Positions 54,805 to 63,500 of a stretch of DNA of 64,000 bases are shown one piece after another. Both the position numbers and the translations under genes were made by a program. Source of the stretch: a virus (taxonomy: Duplodnaviria > Heunggongvirae > Uroviricota > Caudoviricetes); IMG/VR virus record IMGVR_UViG_3300023213_000338; one strand, 5' to 3'. Within the stretch, counting starts at the first letter, position 1, and each line of letters opens with the position of its first letter. Under the pieces are notes generated by a model that was not told the origin of the DNA, searched no databases, and saw only the letters and a list, made by a program, of their open reading frames with translations.

Positions 54805-55044
54805 TTATTTTTCCCCTCCTTCGATTTGTCTTGTCAGGATAACCTGATCCCCATCTTTAAGTTTATGTTCCAAAACATTACCTGTTAATTCAGACCCATT
54901 AAGCTGAACGGTCTCATTTGATTTTCTACTTATTCCCATTGCTATTAATGCTTCACCCACTGTTTGTGCTCCAGTAAGAGGAATTTGTTTTGCATCGCCT
55001 CCCATTTTTCCAACTGTGACAAATATATTTTTCTTTCTAGCCAT
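54805..55044 (-). CDS. ThiS/MoaD-like ubiquitin-like beta-grasp protein with C-terminal GG followed by an EK tail
   Basis: 79 aa ending ...LKDGDQVILTRQIEGGEK. It aligns with ThiS ...VQDGDQILLFQVIAGG. The two extra residues after GG imply peptidase processing. Confidence 0.65.
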   Translation of the reverse strand: MARKKNIFVTVGKMGGDAKQIPLTGAQTVGEALIAMGISRKSNETVQLNGSELTGNVLEHKLKDGDQVILTRQIEGGEK

Positions 55045-55058
55045 ATATCCTCCTTTCT

Positions 55059-55748
55059 TTAGATTAATGAATAACTTGGAATATCAAGCGTAATCTCGCT
55101 TCTTATTTTCTCTTTTGTGGCAAAACGTTTGATAATGTTTGTTACAAGACCAGCACAAATTAGAGTGTTATAGGCAATTGCCCGAGCCGTGCATTTTTCA
55201 CCACTTGGCTTAATTTTAGAAAACAGTTTATTATGATAATTTTCCATTTGTTCAAAATCTTGTGTATTGATAGTATAGATTCTAATAAGCTCAGCTCCCA
55301 TACGAGCATCAATATAAAGCTTTAATGTTTTTAACGTTTCTTTGCTTCTAACAATCTGTCCCCAGATTTCCTTGCGTTGCAAGATTGAATCTACGGCAGA
55401 GATAATTACGGTTGGAGCTTTATATTCTTTAGATAAGATGTATTCTTGAAAAGAGGTTATAACTCCAGTAATTGAAGCTCCAGAGAGGGAATGAATGATG
55501 TGTTTTAAAGAATTGACTTTTAAATCCTCTATCTGGGGGGAATACAATTGAGAGGGGGCATTGTGTTTTTCTGTTTTATCATAGTCTATAGCTGTTAAAT
55601 TGGAGCATCCCATTTTTGAAAGAGATAAAGCTGTCCAAGAACCTATTCCGCCTACGCCTATTAATGTTATTGGAAAGTTTAATTGTGAAGGTTTGACAAT
55701 ATCCAATTGCCTAAGAAAAACTTGTCGGTCATCAATGTTCTGTCTCAT
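55059..55748 (-). CDS. minimal E1-like adenylyltransferase (ThiF/MoeB/UBA fold)
   Basis: LDIVKPSQLNFPITLIGVGGIGSWTALSLSKMGCSNLTAIDYDKTEKHNAPSQL has the Rossmann GxGxxG and the D.D.VE.SN..RQ signature. ISAVDS is the Mg/ATP Asp. It is 229 aa with no rhodanese domain. Confidence 0.65.
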   Translation of the reverse strand: MRQNIDDRQVFLRQLDIVKPSQLNFPITLIGVGGIGSWTALSLSKMGCSNLTAIDYDKTEKHNAPSQLYSPQIEDLKVNSLKHIIHSLSGASITGVITSFQEYILSKEYKAPTVIISAVDSILQRKEIWGQIVRSKETLKTLKLYIDARMGAELIRIYTINTQDFEQMENYHNKLFSKIKPSGEKCTARAIAYNTLICAGLVTNIIKRFATKEKIRSEITLDIPSYSLI

Positions 55749-55759
55749 TTCTTGTTATT

Positions 55760-55788
55760 ATTATACAATATTGTAGAGGAAAAATCAA
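55760..55788 (-). promoter_or_regulatory. minus-strand sigma70-type promoter (TTGATT-N17-TATAAT) driving the E1-Ubl-JAB-AAA operon
   Basis: Reverse complement reads cTTGATTtttcctctacaatattgTATAATa, 12 nt upstream of the E1 start codon. Confidence 0.55.
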
Positions 55789-56003
55789 GAGGTATTTTAA
55801 AAAGAAAATATAAATAATCGCTTATTTATTCCCAAATACGCTCGTCAGCTTTCTTTGGAGTATTGTAGTTTTTATAATTTACCCATGTTCCAGCCTTTTT
55901 AACATAAGTTCGGCCTGTGAATACACCTTGGTTTTTACTCATGGGTCGTGAAACTCTTTCATGAGAGATATCTCCTTTGTTGTGTCTAGCTCCTTTTGAC
56001 ATA

Positions 56004-56321
56004 TTAAATATTTAATTCTTTTTTGATTATATCAAATTTATTTTGTGTGGAGTTAATAATCTCTTGTTGTTTCTCAGTTAAAGAAAAAGCTTTCGTTATA
56101 ATCTTTGCACCTTTACTAAAATACCATCCATGTTGGTGTTGTAACCCACACGCCTTACACATTTGATCTCCGCTCATGTTGCTTCCCTTTTGGCTATCAT
56201 TTGTATATACGCCATAGTTTTTCTGCTCATTCCAACAAATAACTATTCCAATCGGTTCTATCATAACTCCTCCCTGTAAGTTTCCTTGAATTTCATCTCC
56301 AATCTCAAAACTCTCTTTCAT
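56004..56321 (-). CDS. hypothetical protein
   Basis: 105-aa ORF. Confidence 0.4.
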   Translation of the reverse strand: MKESFEIGDEIQGNLQGGVMIEPIGIVICWNEQKNYGVYTNDSQKGSNMSGDQMCKACGLQHQHGWYFSKGAKIITKAFSLTEKQQEIINSTQNKFDIIKKELNI

Positions 56322-56411
56322 AAAACCTACCTTTCAATTTGATGCTTCAAGTTCGCAAAAGTCTGTGTGAGCGAATCAATTATTTGTTTAGTTTTTTTAG
56401 GAATTATTCCA

Positions 56412-56726
56412 TCAATCAATAGGTAGAAGCGTACAATGTGACCAAGCATACATAAAATCTTTTCTTCCTGCTAGATTTATAAAATAGTCTTCTGAAAGAT
56501 AATAGAGAGGATTTGCTATGCGTTCTTCAGAGTTTAAGATGAGTATTTTATGAATTGTTAAAGGCTCTTTTCTTTTAATAAAAGGTAAGTCTCGAGGAAT
56601 TAATTTATTACATCCTTTCTTTTGACAGCGACCCCCGAAACCAAATTCTGTGTCTTGACTAATTATGTGCATAGGGTTCACAAAAACCTTAGTGCTAACC
56701 TTAAAAGGGATAACTATATCATTCAT
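56412..56726 (-). CDS. hypothetical protein
   Basis: 104-aa ORF. Confidence 0.4.
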   Translation of the reverse strand: MNDIVIPFKVSTKVFVNPMHIISQDTEFGFGGRCQKKGCNKLIPRDLPFIKRKEPLTIHKILILNSEERIANPLYYLSEDYFINLAGRKDFMYAWSHCTLLPID

Positions 56727-57039
56727 TTGGAGTAATCTTATTAATCATTTTCACTAACATGAATAAGAGTTCAACAAACAACCAAATTAAAAGATTAATA
56801 AAAATTGCCATAGCTATCGGAAAGCCCAAAGCCCATTTCTTAGGATTAAGAACAAAATCTATAAAGTTTCCAAAGGCTAAAATCCAACACACTGCAAATA
56901 TTAGTCCTTTAAATAGAGTAAGCATAGAATCAAAGTATTTTAATTGACGAGATAATTTTGTTGTGACAAAAGAAGTTGATAAGCCAACAGTAAATGCTAT
57001 TCCAAGGCGAAAGATAAGCTCTAAAATGTTTTTTAACAT
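56719..57039 (-). CDS. small membrane protein (3 TM)
   Basis: 106 aa with hydrophobic helices. Confidence 0.45.
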   Translation of the reverse strand: MLKNILELIFRLGIAFTVGLSTSFVTTKLSRQLKYFDSMLTLFKGLIFAVCWILAFGNFIDFVLNPKKWALGFPIAMAIFINLLIWLFVELLFMLVKMINKITPNE

Positions 57040-57450
57040 ATTTCATATTAATCTATTGGCTCAAGTTCTTGGTGGAGGTTGAAGAGTTGCACTCCGATAG
57101 AATACATGGTACACATTCTATCCTACTGTAGCCTCCTTGTTGCCAGAGGGAGGTGATGATCCTCAAGTTGGCGTACGCTGTAACTTACTTCCTCTAGCAT
57201 GTATCTTTCAGACAGGGCGTAAAAGCTGTGACTGAATGCTTGTTTTTCTTTCACGCCCTTATCTGAAACTGTTTTTCAATTCTTTCTCTCTTACCCTAAT
57301 TGTTTTGGTGTAATTGAGATTGAAACTATTAAATGTGTTTGCTCTGCCTCAAACAAGACAGGTTTTAATAGCAAATAGCAATAAAATAGTTTCGCGGATA
57401 ATAGGAAAACTCCAAATTCTGTTTCTCATAGTTCTTATTTATTTCTCTAC
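57040..57450 (-). ncRNA. candidate structured leader or ncRNA (GC-richer ~400-nt transcribed noncoding region)
   Basis: It lies between the promoter at 57455-57483 and the first ORF. It has locally higher GC and several stable hairpins (cctcc..ggagg, gggcgtaaaag..ctttcacgccc) but no ORF. Confidence 0.35.
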
Positions 57451-57454
57451 ACGT

Positions 57455-57483
57455 ATTATACAATAATGATCAATTATTGTCAA
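57455..57483 (-). promoter_or_regulatory. minus-strand sigma70-type promoter (TTGACA-N17-TATAAT)
   Basis: Reverse complement reads aTTGACAataattgatcattattgTATAATa. Confidence 0.5.
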
Positions 57484-57661
57484 TATATACCAACTGTATC
57501 AAATCGGCTTTTATTTAATGATCTGGATTGTATTGTGAAAATATATAACAAAGCCTATGCAAAGGGTTTTGTGAATGTTCTAGATCGTATTGTAGCAATA
57601 TACAACTGCCCAGAAAATGGCCTACAAATAATGATCTGGATCGTATTGTGAGAAGACGTGG

Positions 57662-57847
57662 CTATGAGATAACTTGCTCCATAAGATGTTTAAGATATTT
57701 TAGATACATACTTTTAATACCCTTGGCGCATGGACTGTTAGAGGCTTCAAGTGCTTTAATCAGATCAATAGCGTTGCAATAGATAATTCGTTTGACTGTT
57801 ATAAAGTTAATGCCAACTTCAACTTTTTTTGTTTCATTCATAATCAA
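57662..57847 (-). CDS. hypothetical small protein
   Basis: 61-aa ORF. Confidence 0.3.
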   Translation of the reverse strand: MIMNETKKVEVGINFITVKRIIYCNAIDLIKALEASNSPCAKGIKSMYLKYLKHLMEQVIS

Positions 57848-57890
57848 GCTTGCTAAACTTTTGCCTGCTTAGCAAGCTTTCATCATGAGG

Positions 57891-58160
57891 CTATCTTGTA
57901 CAATAACCGCTTTCTATTAAAGAGGTTGCCGTTCGACCGTACCAGCCTTGTAAATGCCAAACCTTGCCCGTATCTATAAGGTATTGGAATGCGTCAATTC
58001 TTTCTTCATCAGTCGCATTTTCTCCTTCGCAAAACCCTTCCGCATATGCACACGCTAGATATGGAGTCCACGCCTTAAGATATGTTTTTTTACTCATATT
58101 TCTCCTCCTTTCTTTAAGATTTAAGCTTGCATGAGTCCTGTAATCACTTACAGAACTCAA
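57891..58160 (-). CDS. hypothetical protein
   Basis: 89-aa ORF preceded by an aggagg RBS. Confidence 0.4.
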   Translation of the reverse strand: MSSVSDYRTHASLNLKERRRNMSKKTYLKAWTPYLACAYAEGFCEGENATDEERIDAFQYLIDTGKVWHLQGWYGRTATSLIESGYCTR

Positions 58161-58166
58161 ACAAGG

Positions 58167-58712
58167 TTAAGAATATATAACTATTCCCTCTTTGAACTCT
58201 TGATTTAATCTCTTACCCAAAACCTCATTATAGATGTACCAGTTCCAGTTTTTTTGATATACGCCCATGCCGTTAGGCAGATATTTATTAATCCATTTTT
58301 TAGTCGTAACAGTGGCGTAGCCTCCATTAAACAATTGATATTCATGGTTTTTGATTTTAACAATATCAGTGTCATAGAGTCTAACAACCTTGTACCCGTT
58401 TTCAAACCGCTCAAAAACGTTTTGACTTATTCTTTTAACTAAACCACGTTTCACTCTTTTAAATAGGCCAATGTAAATTTGAAATTGACCTATGTTAGTA
58501 AGTTTTGCGGTTAACATTCCATGCGTAGAAAGCAAGGCCTCAAGTTTTGTTAAAAATTGAGCTCTTGTTAACGCTGGCTCGTCCTCCAAGCCAAACCCTG
58601 AACTATCAACGAAAAACTCTTTAATAAGCTCAAACCCTTGCAACTGCATTGTTTCTACACTACACGGGCTAGCTCTAAAAACTTTCTCAATTGTTGATGA
58701 TGTAATTCTCAT
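58167..58712 (-). CDS. hypothetical protein
   Basis: 181-aa ORF preceded by a ggaggtg RBS. Confidence 0.5.
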   Translation of the reverse strand: MRITSSTIEKVFRASPCSVETMQLQGFELIKEFFVDSSGFGLEDEPALTRAQFLTKLEALLSTHGMLTAKLTNIGQFQIYIGLFKRVKRGLVKRISQNVFERFENGYKVVRLYDTDIVKIKNHEYQLFNGGYATVTTKKWINKYLPNGMGVYQKNWNWYIYNEVLGKRLNQEFKEGIVIYS

Positions 58713-58918
58713 ATTTTCACCTCCGATCTTTTTAAATTTAAGTTATTTTGCTTATAAATATTTACATACTTATAAGCAATAAACTTAGGCAACAATTTGG
58801 ATTACGCTGTTGTTAACGAGCTCTGTTGCTTGGTGTTTAACTTTGAAGCTTGCCTTTTTAAGAGCTTCAAGTACGCTCTTAGCTTCAACTTCAATAGGAT
58901 CAAGATTGATTTTAACCT

Positions 58919-59122
58919 TCATGCTAATTGAGCAATAAAGCTTAAAGCTTCTTGAATATCCGTTGTGTAACGCGTATCAACAATGTTTTTGCTATACGTT
59001 TTATTAATTTGATATTCTTTTGCGATTAAATAAACTGTAATATCTGATCTTAGTTTGGAATTGATATATACGCTAAAAGATTTCAGATTTTTTATGTTTA
59101 ATTTTTTTAATCTTATTCTCAT
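58919..59122 (-). CDS. hypothetical small protein
   Basis: 67-aa ORF preceded by an aggagg RBS. Confidence 0.35.
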   Translation of the reverse strand: MRIRLKKLNIKNLKSFSVYINSKLRSDITVYLIAKEYQINKTYSKNIVDTRYTTDIQEALSFIAQLA

Positions 59123-59579
59123 TTTTTCACCTCCTTCCTAACAAGCGATTGTTTTTAAATGCTTCAGGTTCTTAACCCTCTAAACAGTCTATATAAAGCG
59201 GTATTGACTCTTTTAGTTGAACTAAATAGTTCTTAACCTGCTTATTGATCTATTGTTACATTTGCTTGCTATCCCGTCTTTAATTGCGTCTGCAATTAAA
59301 ATGTAATCTTTCTTTGTCATGTTACTCTAAAACGTCATAATCTCTTATCTCATAATCTTTGCCTTCTACAAGAGTAATTTGTTTTTCAGAATTATCTGCC
59401 TGTCTTTCTGTTTGGTAGACAGCGGTGACAACGCCTCCCTTAACTTCGATAATTAACATAATATTATTCACCTCTTTCCTCCGCCTTACTCAAGCGGTGA
59501 GGCTTTATATAGACTATTTAGATTATTAAAGAGCGAATGCTTCAGGTTCTTTATGATAGTTGCCTACTTACTATCGCCT

Positions 59580-60160
59580 AGCTAATTATTAATCTTTTCT
59601 GCCTTTATGGAGTAAAAATGTATAAAGGGTTTTTTAAAAATTAAGCTTTATTCTTTTTTACTTCCAAACCTAGCATAGCAAATATATCATGTTTTGTCAA
59701 TACATATCCATATTGAATAATATAACTTTAATATAACAATCTATAGCAAAATTACTATATTAAAATAGGAATATTAAACTAAAGCTAATTTTATCCATAG
59801 GCTAGTTTTAAATCTTATAAACAATCTATTTATTAAGATTTAATAAGGGGCGGTTATAGGTGTTATCGGCTTACATAAAATAAGGTCAATAAGTAAGCTA
59901 CTGGGTTTACAACATACGTATAGGGTACTTGTTGGCTTCAAGTTCACGTAGGCTTGATTGCTTCGTGTTCGCCAATATGCCCGTGGTGTTGCTACGGGTG
60001 CTTTTTTGGGGTTGGTTTGTTGTTGCTACGAGTTCTTTGCTGGCATGTCTTTATTGTGTGTTGCTACAGATGCCCTGGCGTGCGTAAATAGACTACATCC
60101 CTTTTATATACCTGTGGCGTTTTTATCGTCGTGTACCTGTAGCAACCGTTCATAAACAAT
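59580..60160. other. candidate replication origin: AT-rich unwinding region (59580-59830) plus GTTGCTACR iterons (three direct at 59998, 60032 and 60071; one inverted at 60148)
   Basis: An approximately 80% AT stretch is followed by the repeats tgttgctacgggtg, tgttgctacgagtt, tgttgctacagatg and inverted cctgtagcaacc. The region is noncoding. Confidence 0.4.
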
Positions 60161-60313
60161 CCTATAATCGTTTTTTTATACCCTAAAACGCGGGTTCTAG
60201 CTTTTATTTTCGAGGCTAGTAGCCTCAAGGTATTATAGTATATAGAAGCTTCAAAAATAAACTATAATACGGCTTACAGTTTTGTAGCTAGAGGGATGGG
60301 GGCTTCGGGTTCA

Positions 60314-60745
60314 TTATTGGGAAGGGAAGCGATTATTGAGGCTTTTACCTTGATTACATTCATGACATAATACTTGCAAATTTTCAATGGTATTATTTGA
60401 GGGATTTTCGTCTTTATGATCTATTTCAAGGTTTATATTACTTCCACATAATTGGCAAATTTTATCGCGAATTAAAACTTGATAACGTAATTTTGGGGAT
60501 AGTGTTTTTCTTTTTTTATGTTCTTTTTGTTTTTTAAAATAAAATTCTATGCGTCCTCTTCGCATTGCATTTCTGAAAGCTTCTTTTACGGTTCTAACCA
60601 GTCCGATTTTTTTCATTCGTCTTTGAATTGAGCGCACGGTTTGTTTAAGTACCAATGTATCTTTGATCTCTTGAGCAGATAAACCTTCTCTATATAGGTT
60701 TTCCATTAGTTGTAGTTCTTTTGAAGTGAAAGTGTATTGAGTCAT
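60314..60745 (-). CDS. HNH endonuclease with N-terminal HTH (homing-endonuclease-like)
   Basis: CQLCGSNINLEIDHKDENPSNNTIENLQVLCHECNQGK is a canonical HNH. The N-terminal sigma-70 region 4-like HTH is LSAQEIKDTL. Confidence 0.7.
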   Translation of the reverse strand: MTQYTFTSKELQLMENLYREGLSAQEIKDTLVLKQTVRSIQRRMKKIGLVRTVKEAFRNAMRRGRIEFYFKKQKEHKKRKTLSPKLRYQVLIRDKICQLCGSNINLEIDHKDENPSNNTIENLQVLCHECNQGKSLNNRFPSQ

Positions 60746-60752
60746 TTATTGT

Positions 60753-60781
60753 ATTATACGACTTTTAGCTATAAATGTCAA
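60753..60781 (-). promoter_or_regulatory. minus-strand sigma70-type promoter (TTGACA-N17-TATAAT)
   Basis: Reverse complement reads cTTGACAtttatagctaaaagtcgTATAATa. Confidence 0.5.
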
Positions 60782-61279
60782 GCGTAGTACTATACGACCT
60801 AGTGGGTACATTCTATGTTGTGCGACGCGGGGTATAGCTTCAATTAAATACTATAATACTTAGCTTTTAAGCTGTAGATCGGGGAATAGGCTACATATTC
60901 AATACTATAAGGCACTCGAGTCCCCTATCTGCTATATATAATACTTTTAGGAATTCTTTTTTTTATTTTATTATTTTATTTTTTGACGCTTCAAGTTCTG
61001 GGGCGTGCGGAAAGTCGATGCCCGATTTTTGGAACAAGCCTTAAAGGGATTGACTTGATATACAGTATGACATCGGTCTCCTAGCATCCTGTAGCCTCTA
61101 TTTTCCATAATTCATATATATATTATATATCTCTCTCCCATCTCGAAGCGTCTTTTCTCAATATATATTTTCCATCCTGAAGCTCCTTTTTTATATATAC
61201 TTTGTGTACCTGTAGCCTTTGTTATGGTTGTGTTAGTTGTACCTTGACAACCGATTGTAATTATTGTATCATTTGTACC

Positions 61280-61564
61280 ATGCGTAGAGTTACACTATTT
61301 CTTCAAGAAGAAATTTATCGAGCACTTCGGATAATGGCAGCTACTGAAGGTACAAGCATGACTAATATTGTGGAGGAATTAATTATGGGAAAAAGACAAA
61401 ATATTAGCAATTCTAAAGAACAAAAGAAATTAACAAAAGGATACACAATGGATAAAAGTAAAGAAAAGGTTTTTAAGAAAGATGATCCAATTTTCAAAGA
61501 AGCCAATTCAGAAGAAGCTCCTATTTCTAATGGCAAGAATAAAGATCTAAATATTCCTTTTTAG
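61280..61564 (+). CDS. ribbon-helix-helix (CopG/ParD-like) DNA-binding protein
   Basis: MRRVTLFLQEEIYRALRIMAATEGTSMTNIVEELI is the classic RHH N-terminus. The start is trimmed from the track ORF (61202), whose Cys-rich N-terminus reads through noncoding sequence. Confidence 0.55.
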   Translation: MRRVTLFLQEEIYRALRIMAATEGTSMTNIVEELIMGKRQNISNSKEQKKLTKGYTMDKSKEKVFKKDDPIFKEANSEEAPISNGKNKDLNIPF

Positions 61565-61694
61565 AGATACCTATCCCCCTTTTCTACAAAAACAGGTATC
61601 CCTAAATTTTCACTTCCCATATATTTTCCCAAAAATTTACTTGACTTTTATATATATTTAGTATATACTATATGGGTAGAAAGAAGGTGAATAT

Positions 61695-62015
61695 ATGGCA
61701 TATAGCATGTTAGCTTATACAACTGAAAACTTCAAAAGAGGAAGGGTTAAGAATCTTTCTGTCAAAATTACCAGAGCAGAAAATGGGTATATGTTTGAGC
61801 TAGAAGGGTCAAAGGAGCTTCCGATTACAAAGGATAATCTTTATTCCTCTTGGGAAACTTTTGATGCAACGTTTGTTTATTCTACGTTAGAGGATGGATT
61901 AAAAGAAGTCAAAGGATTTTTTGACGTTCTAGAAAAAATATTGGATAAAAAGGTTAAAGCACAAGTTAAGGCAAATAAAGAATACAATAAGGGTAAGGAA
62001 AAGGGAAAGAAATAA
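61695..62015 (+). CDS. hypothetical protein
   Basis: 106-aa ORF preceded by an aaggtg RBS. Confidence 0.45.
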   Translation: MAYSMLAYTTENFKRGRVKNLSVKITRAENGYMFELEGSKELPITKDNLYSSWETFDATFVYSTLEDGLKEVKGFFDVLEKILDKKVKAQVKANKEYNKGKEKGKK

Positions 62016-62020
62016 TTTTT

Positions 62021-62236
62021 ATGAACTTGTATCACCTGACTTCTATGGATACTCCTATTGCTGGGATTAGTGCAACTCTTCAACCTATTGCTTTGAATTC
62101 TCAGGCAGGAATCCATATGCTTGGGATAGGCGTTATTTTGATATTTGTATTTGTATTTATTATTGTCTGGTTGGCATTGTTAGGATATATTATTTACATA
62201 TTACATAATACATGGTTTAATAAAAGGCTTCACTAA
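62021..62236 (+). CDS. small membrane protein
   Basis: 71 aa with two hydrophobic helices. Confidence 0.4.
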   Translation: MNLYHLTSMDTPIAGISATLQPIALNSQAGIHMLGIGVILIFVFVFIIVWLALLGYIIYILHNTWFNKRLH

Positions 62237-62259
62237 AAATCTACGTTAATTTAATAAGG

Positions 62260-63399
62260 TTGAGAGGAGGTGAGATTATGAAGAAAATAATATTTTTTGT
62301 TTTTTTGCTTTTAGCAATCCCAGCATTTCTTTATGCAATTAGACCACAACCTGTAAGTGCAGGAAATGGATGGAGTGTGTGTATTTCTACTGATTCCCAA
62401 TGTGGAACAGATAATGGAACACAAGAGGAAACCGTAATGACTGATTTTATTGGTATTTGTCCTGAAGGATATGAATATCAGAATAATGGCAATTACAATC
62501 AGGGATGCCATAGAGTGGAAAGCTGTGGCGATAATGATAATGATAATGATGATACAGATTGTCCAGAAGAGCATGTAGCTCCAACTGGAACAGTTTGTCC
62601 TCAAGGGTATACGAAAAGCGAAGATGGAAAAGATACGGTTTGTAGCAAAGAAATTTCTCAATCTTGTCATACAGGAAAAATAGATTTCTCAGCGTGTACT
62701 CCAGCTCAAGAATGTCCTACAGCTTGCGGGCATGAGGCTAGTGATGTTTCTAATGGAGAGGGTGGTTTTACAGACTGCAAGGCCACTCCAGCGTGCGAAG
62801 TTGATCAATGTATTAACTTAAGTGGAATTCAGGAAAAAGTCCCGCCCAATATGCAAACAAATGAAGATCACTTTTGTTCTTGCTTAAAAGGGTTTCATGA
62901 AGTTTTTATAGGTGATCAGAAACAGGATTTTACCTGTCAACCTGATCCAACGGTTACGCCAAATGAACCCACTCCAACGCCTCAACAGACTACAAGTAAT
63001 GGAGGAAGCGGAGGAGGAACGCCAGATGCTCCAAGTTGCACAACGCCAAATACCAATAGTTTGCCAGCAAATGTTTTTGTTGTGAGAAATGGAACTGAGG
63101 TAACCGTTAATGGTTTTATAACTCAGGGAGATAGTGCTAATATCTACTGGAGAGAATCTAGTCAAGCACCATCTTGGCCATACAGTAGTGCGGGTACTGA
63201 CCCTAATGGGGTAAAGCCAAATGGAGATGGTTTTGTTTCATACCACATTGGAAGTTTGAAAAAAGGAGTCGATTATGACTTTGGATTTCAACAAAAATGG
63301 GGTTGTGGATCAGGAGAAATATGGGTAAAAGCTATCATTCATGACAGCGATACCAAAGGAACGATTTGGAGAATAACTTCTTGGGAAGTTTCCAATTAG
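62260..63399 (+). CDS. secreted cysteine-rich protein with Asp-rich linker
   Basis: Signal peptide MKKIIFFVFLLLAIPAFLYA. The mature part has about 26 Cys and a DNDNDNDDTDC stretch. A strong RBS gagaggaggtgag precedes it. Confidence 0.55.
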   Translation: MRGGEIMKKIIFFVFLLLAIPAFLYAIRPQPVSAGNGWSVCISTDSQCGTDNGTQEETVMTDFIGICPEGYEYQNNGNYNQGCHRVESCGDNDNDNDDTDCPEEHVAPTGTVCPQGYTKSEDGKDTVCSKEISQSCHTGKIDFSACTPAQECPTACGHEASDVSNGEGGFTDCKATPACEVDQCINLSGIQEKVPPNMQTNEDHFCSCLKGFHEVFIGDQKQDFTCQPDPTVTPNEPTPTPQQTTSNGGSGGGTPDAPSCTTPNTNSLPANVFVVRNGTEVTVNGFITQGDSANIYWRESSQAPSWPYSSAGTDPNGVKPNGDGFVSYHIGSLKKGVDYDFGFQQKWGCGSGEIWVKAIIHDSDTKGTIWRITSWEVSN

Positions 63400-63500
63400 T
63401 CCTTAGTTTGTCCATGAGGAGAAGATTAGTTAGCGTTTAATTTATATAGGCCTTTTAAATACCAACGTCTCCTCATCAACAAGCTAGAAATATATTAGAG

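Noticed and set aside
49144-55748. Interpreting the E1/Ubl/JAB genes as a simple thiamin, molybdopterin or cysteine sulfur-carrier module (ThiF/ThiS, MoeB/MoaD, CysO/Mec).
   Set aside because: No ThiG/ThiH/MoaE/CysM-type partners or rhodanese domain are present. The cassette instead contains an extra E2-candidate ORF and three ATPase or remodelling genes under one promoter. Sulfur transfer is kept only as the alternative hypothesis.
61202-61279. Cys-rich N-terminal extension (MCTCSLCYGCVSCTLTTDCNYCIICT) of the RHH protein ORF.
   Set aside because: It is read-through of TGT/TGC-rich noncoding repeat DNA (tgtacctgtagc motifs) upstream of a clean ATG at 61280 that begins the canonical RHH N-terminus.
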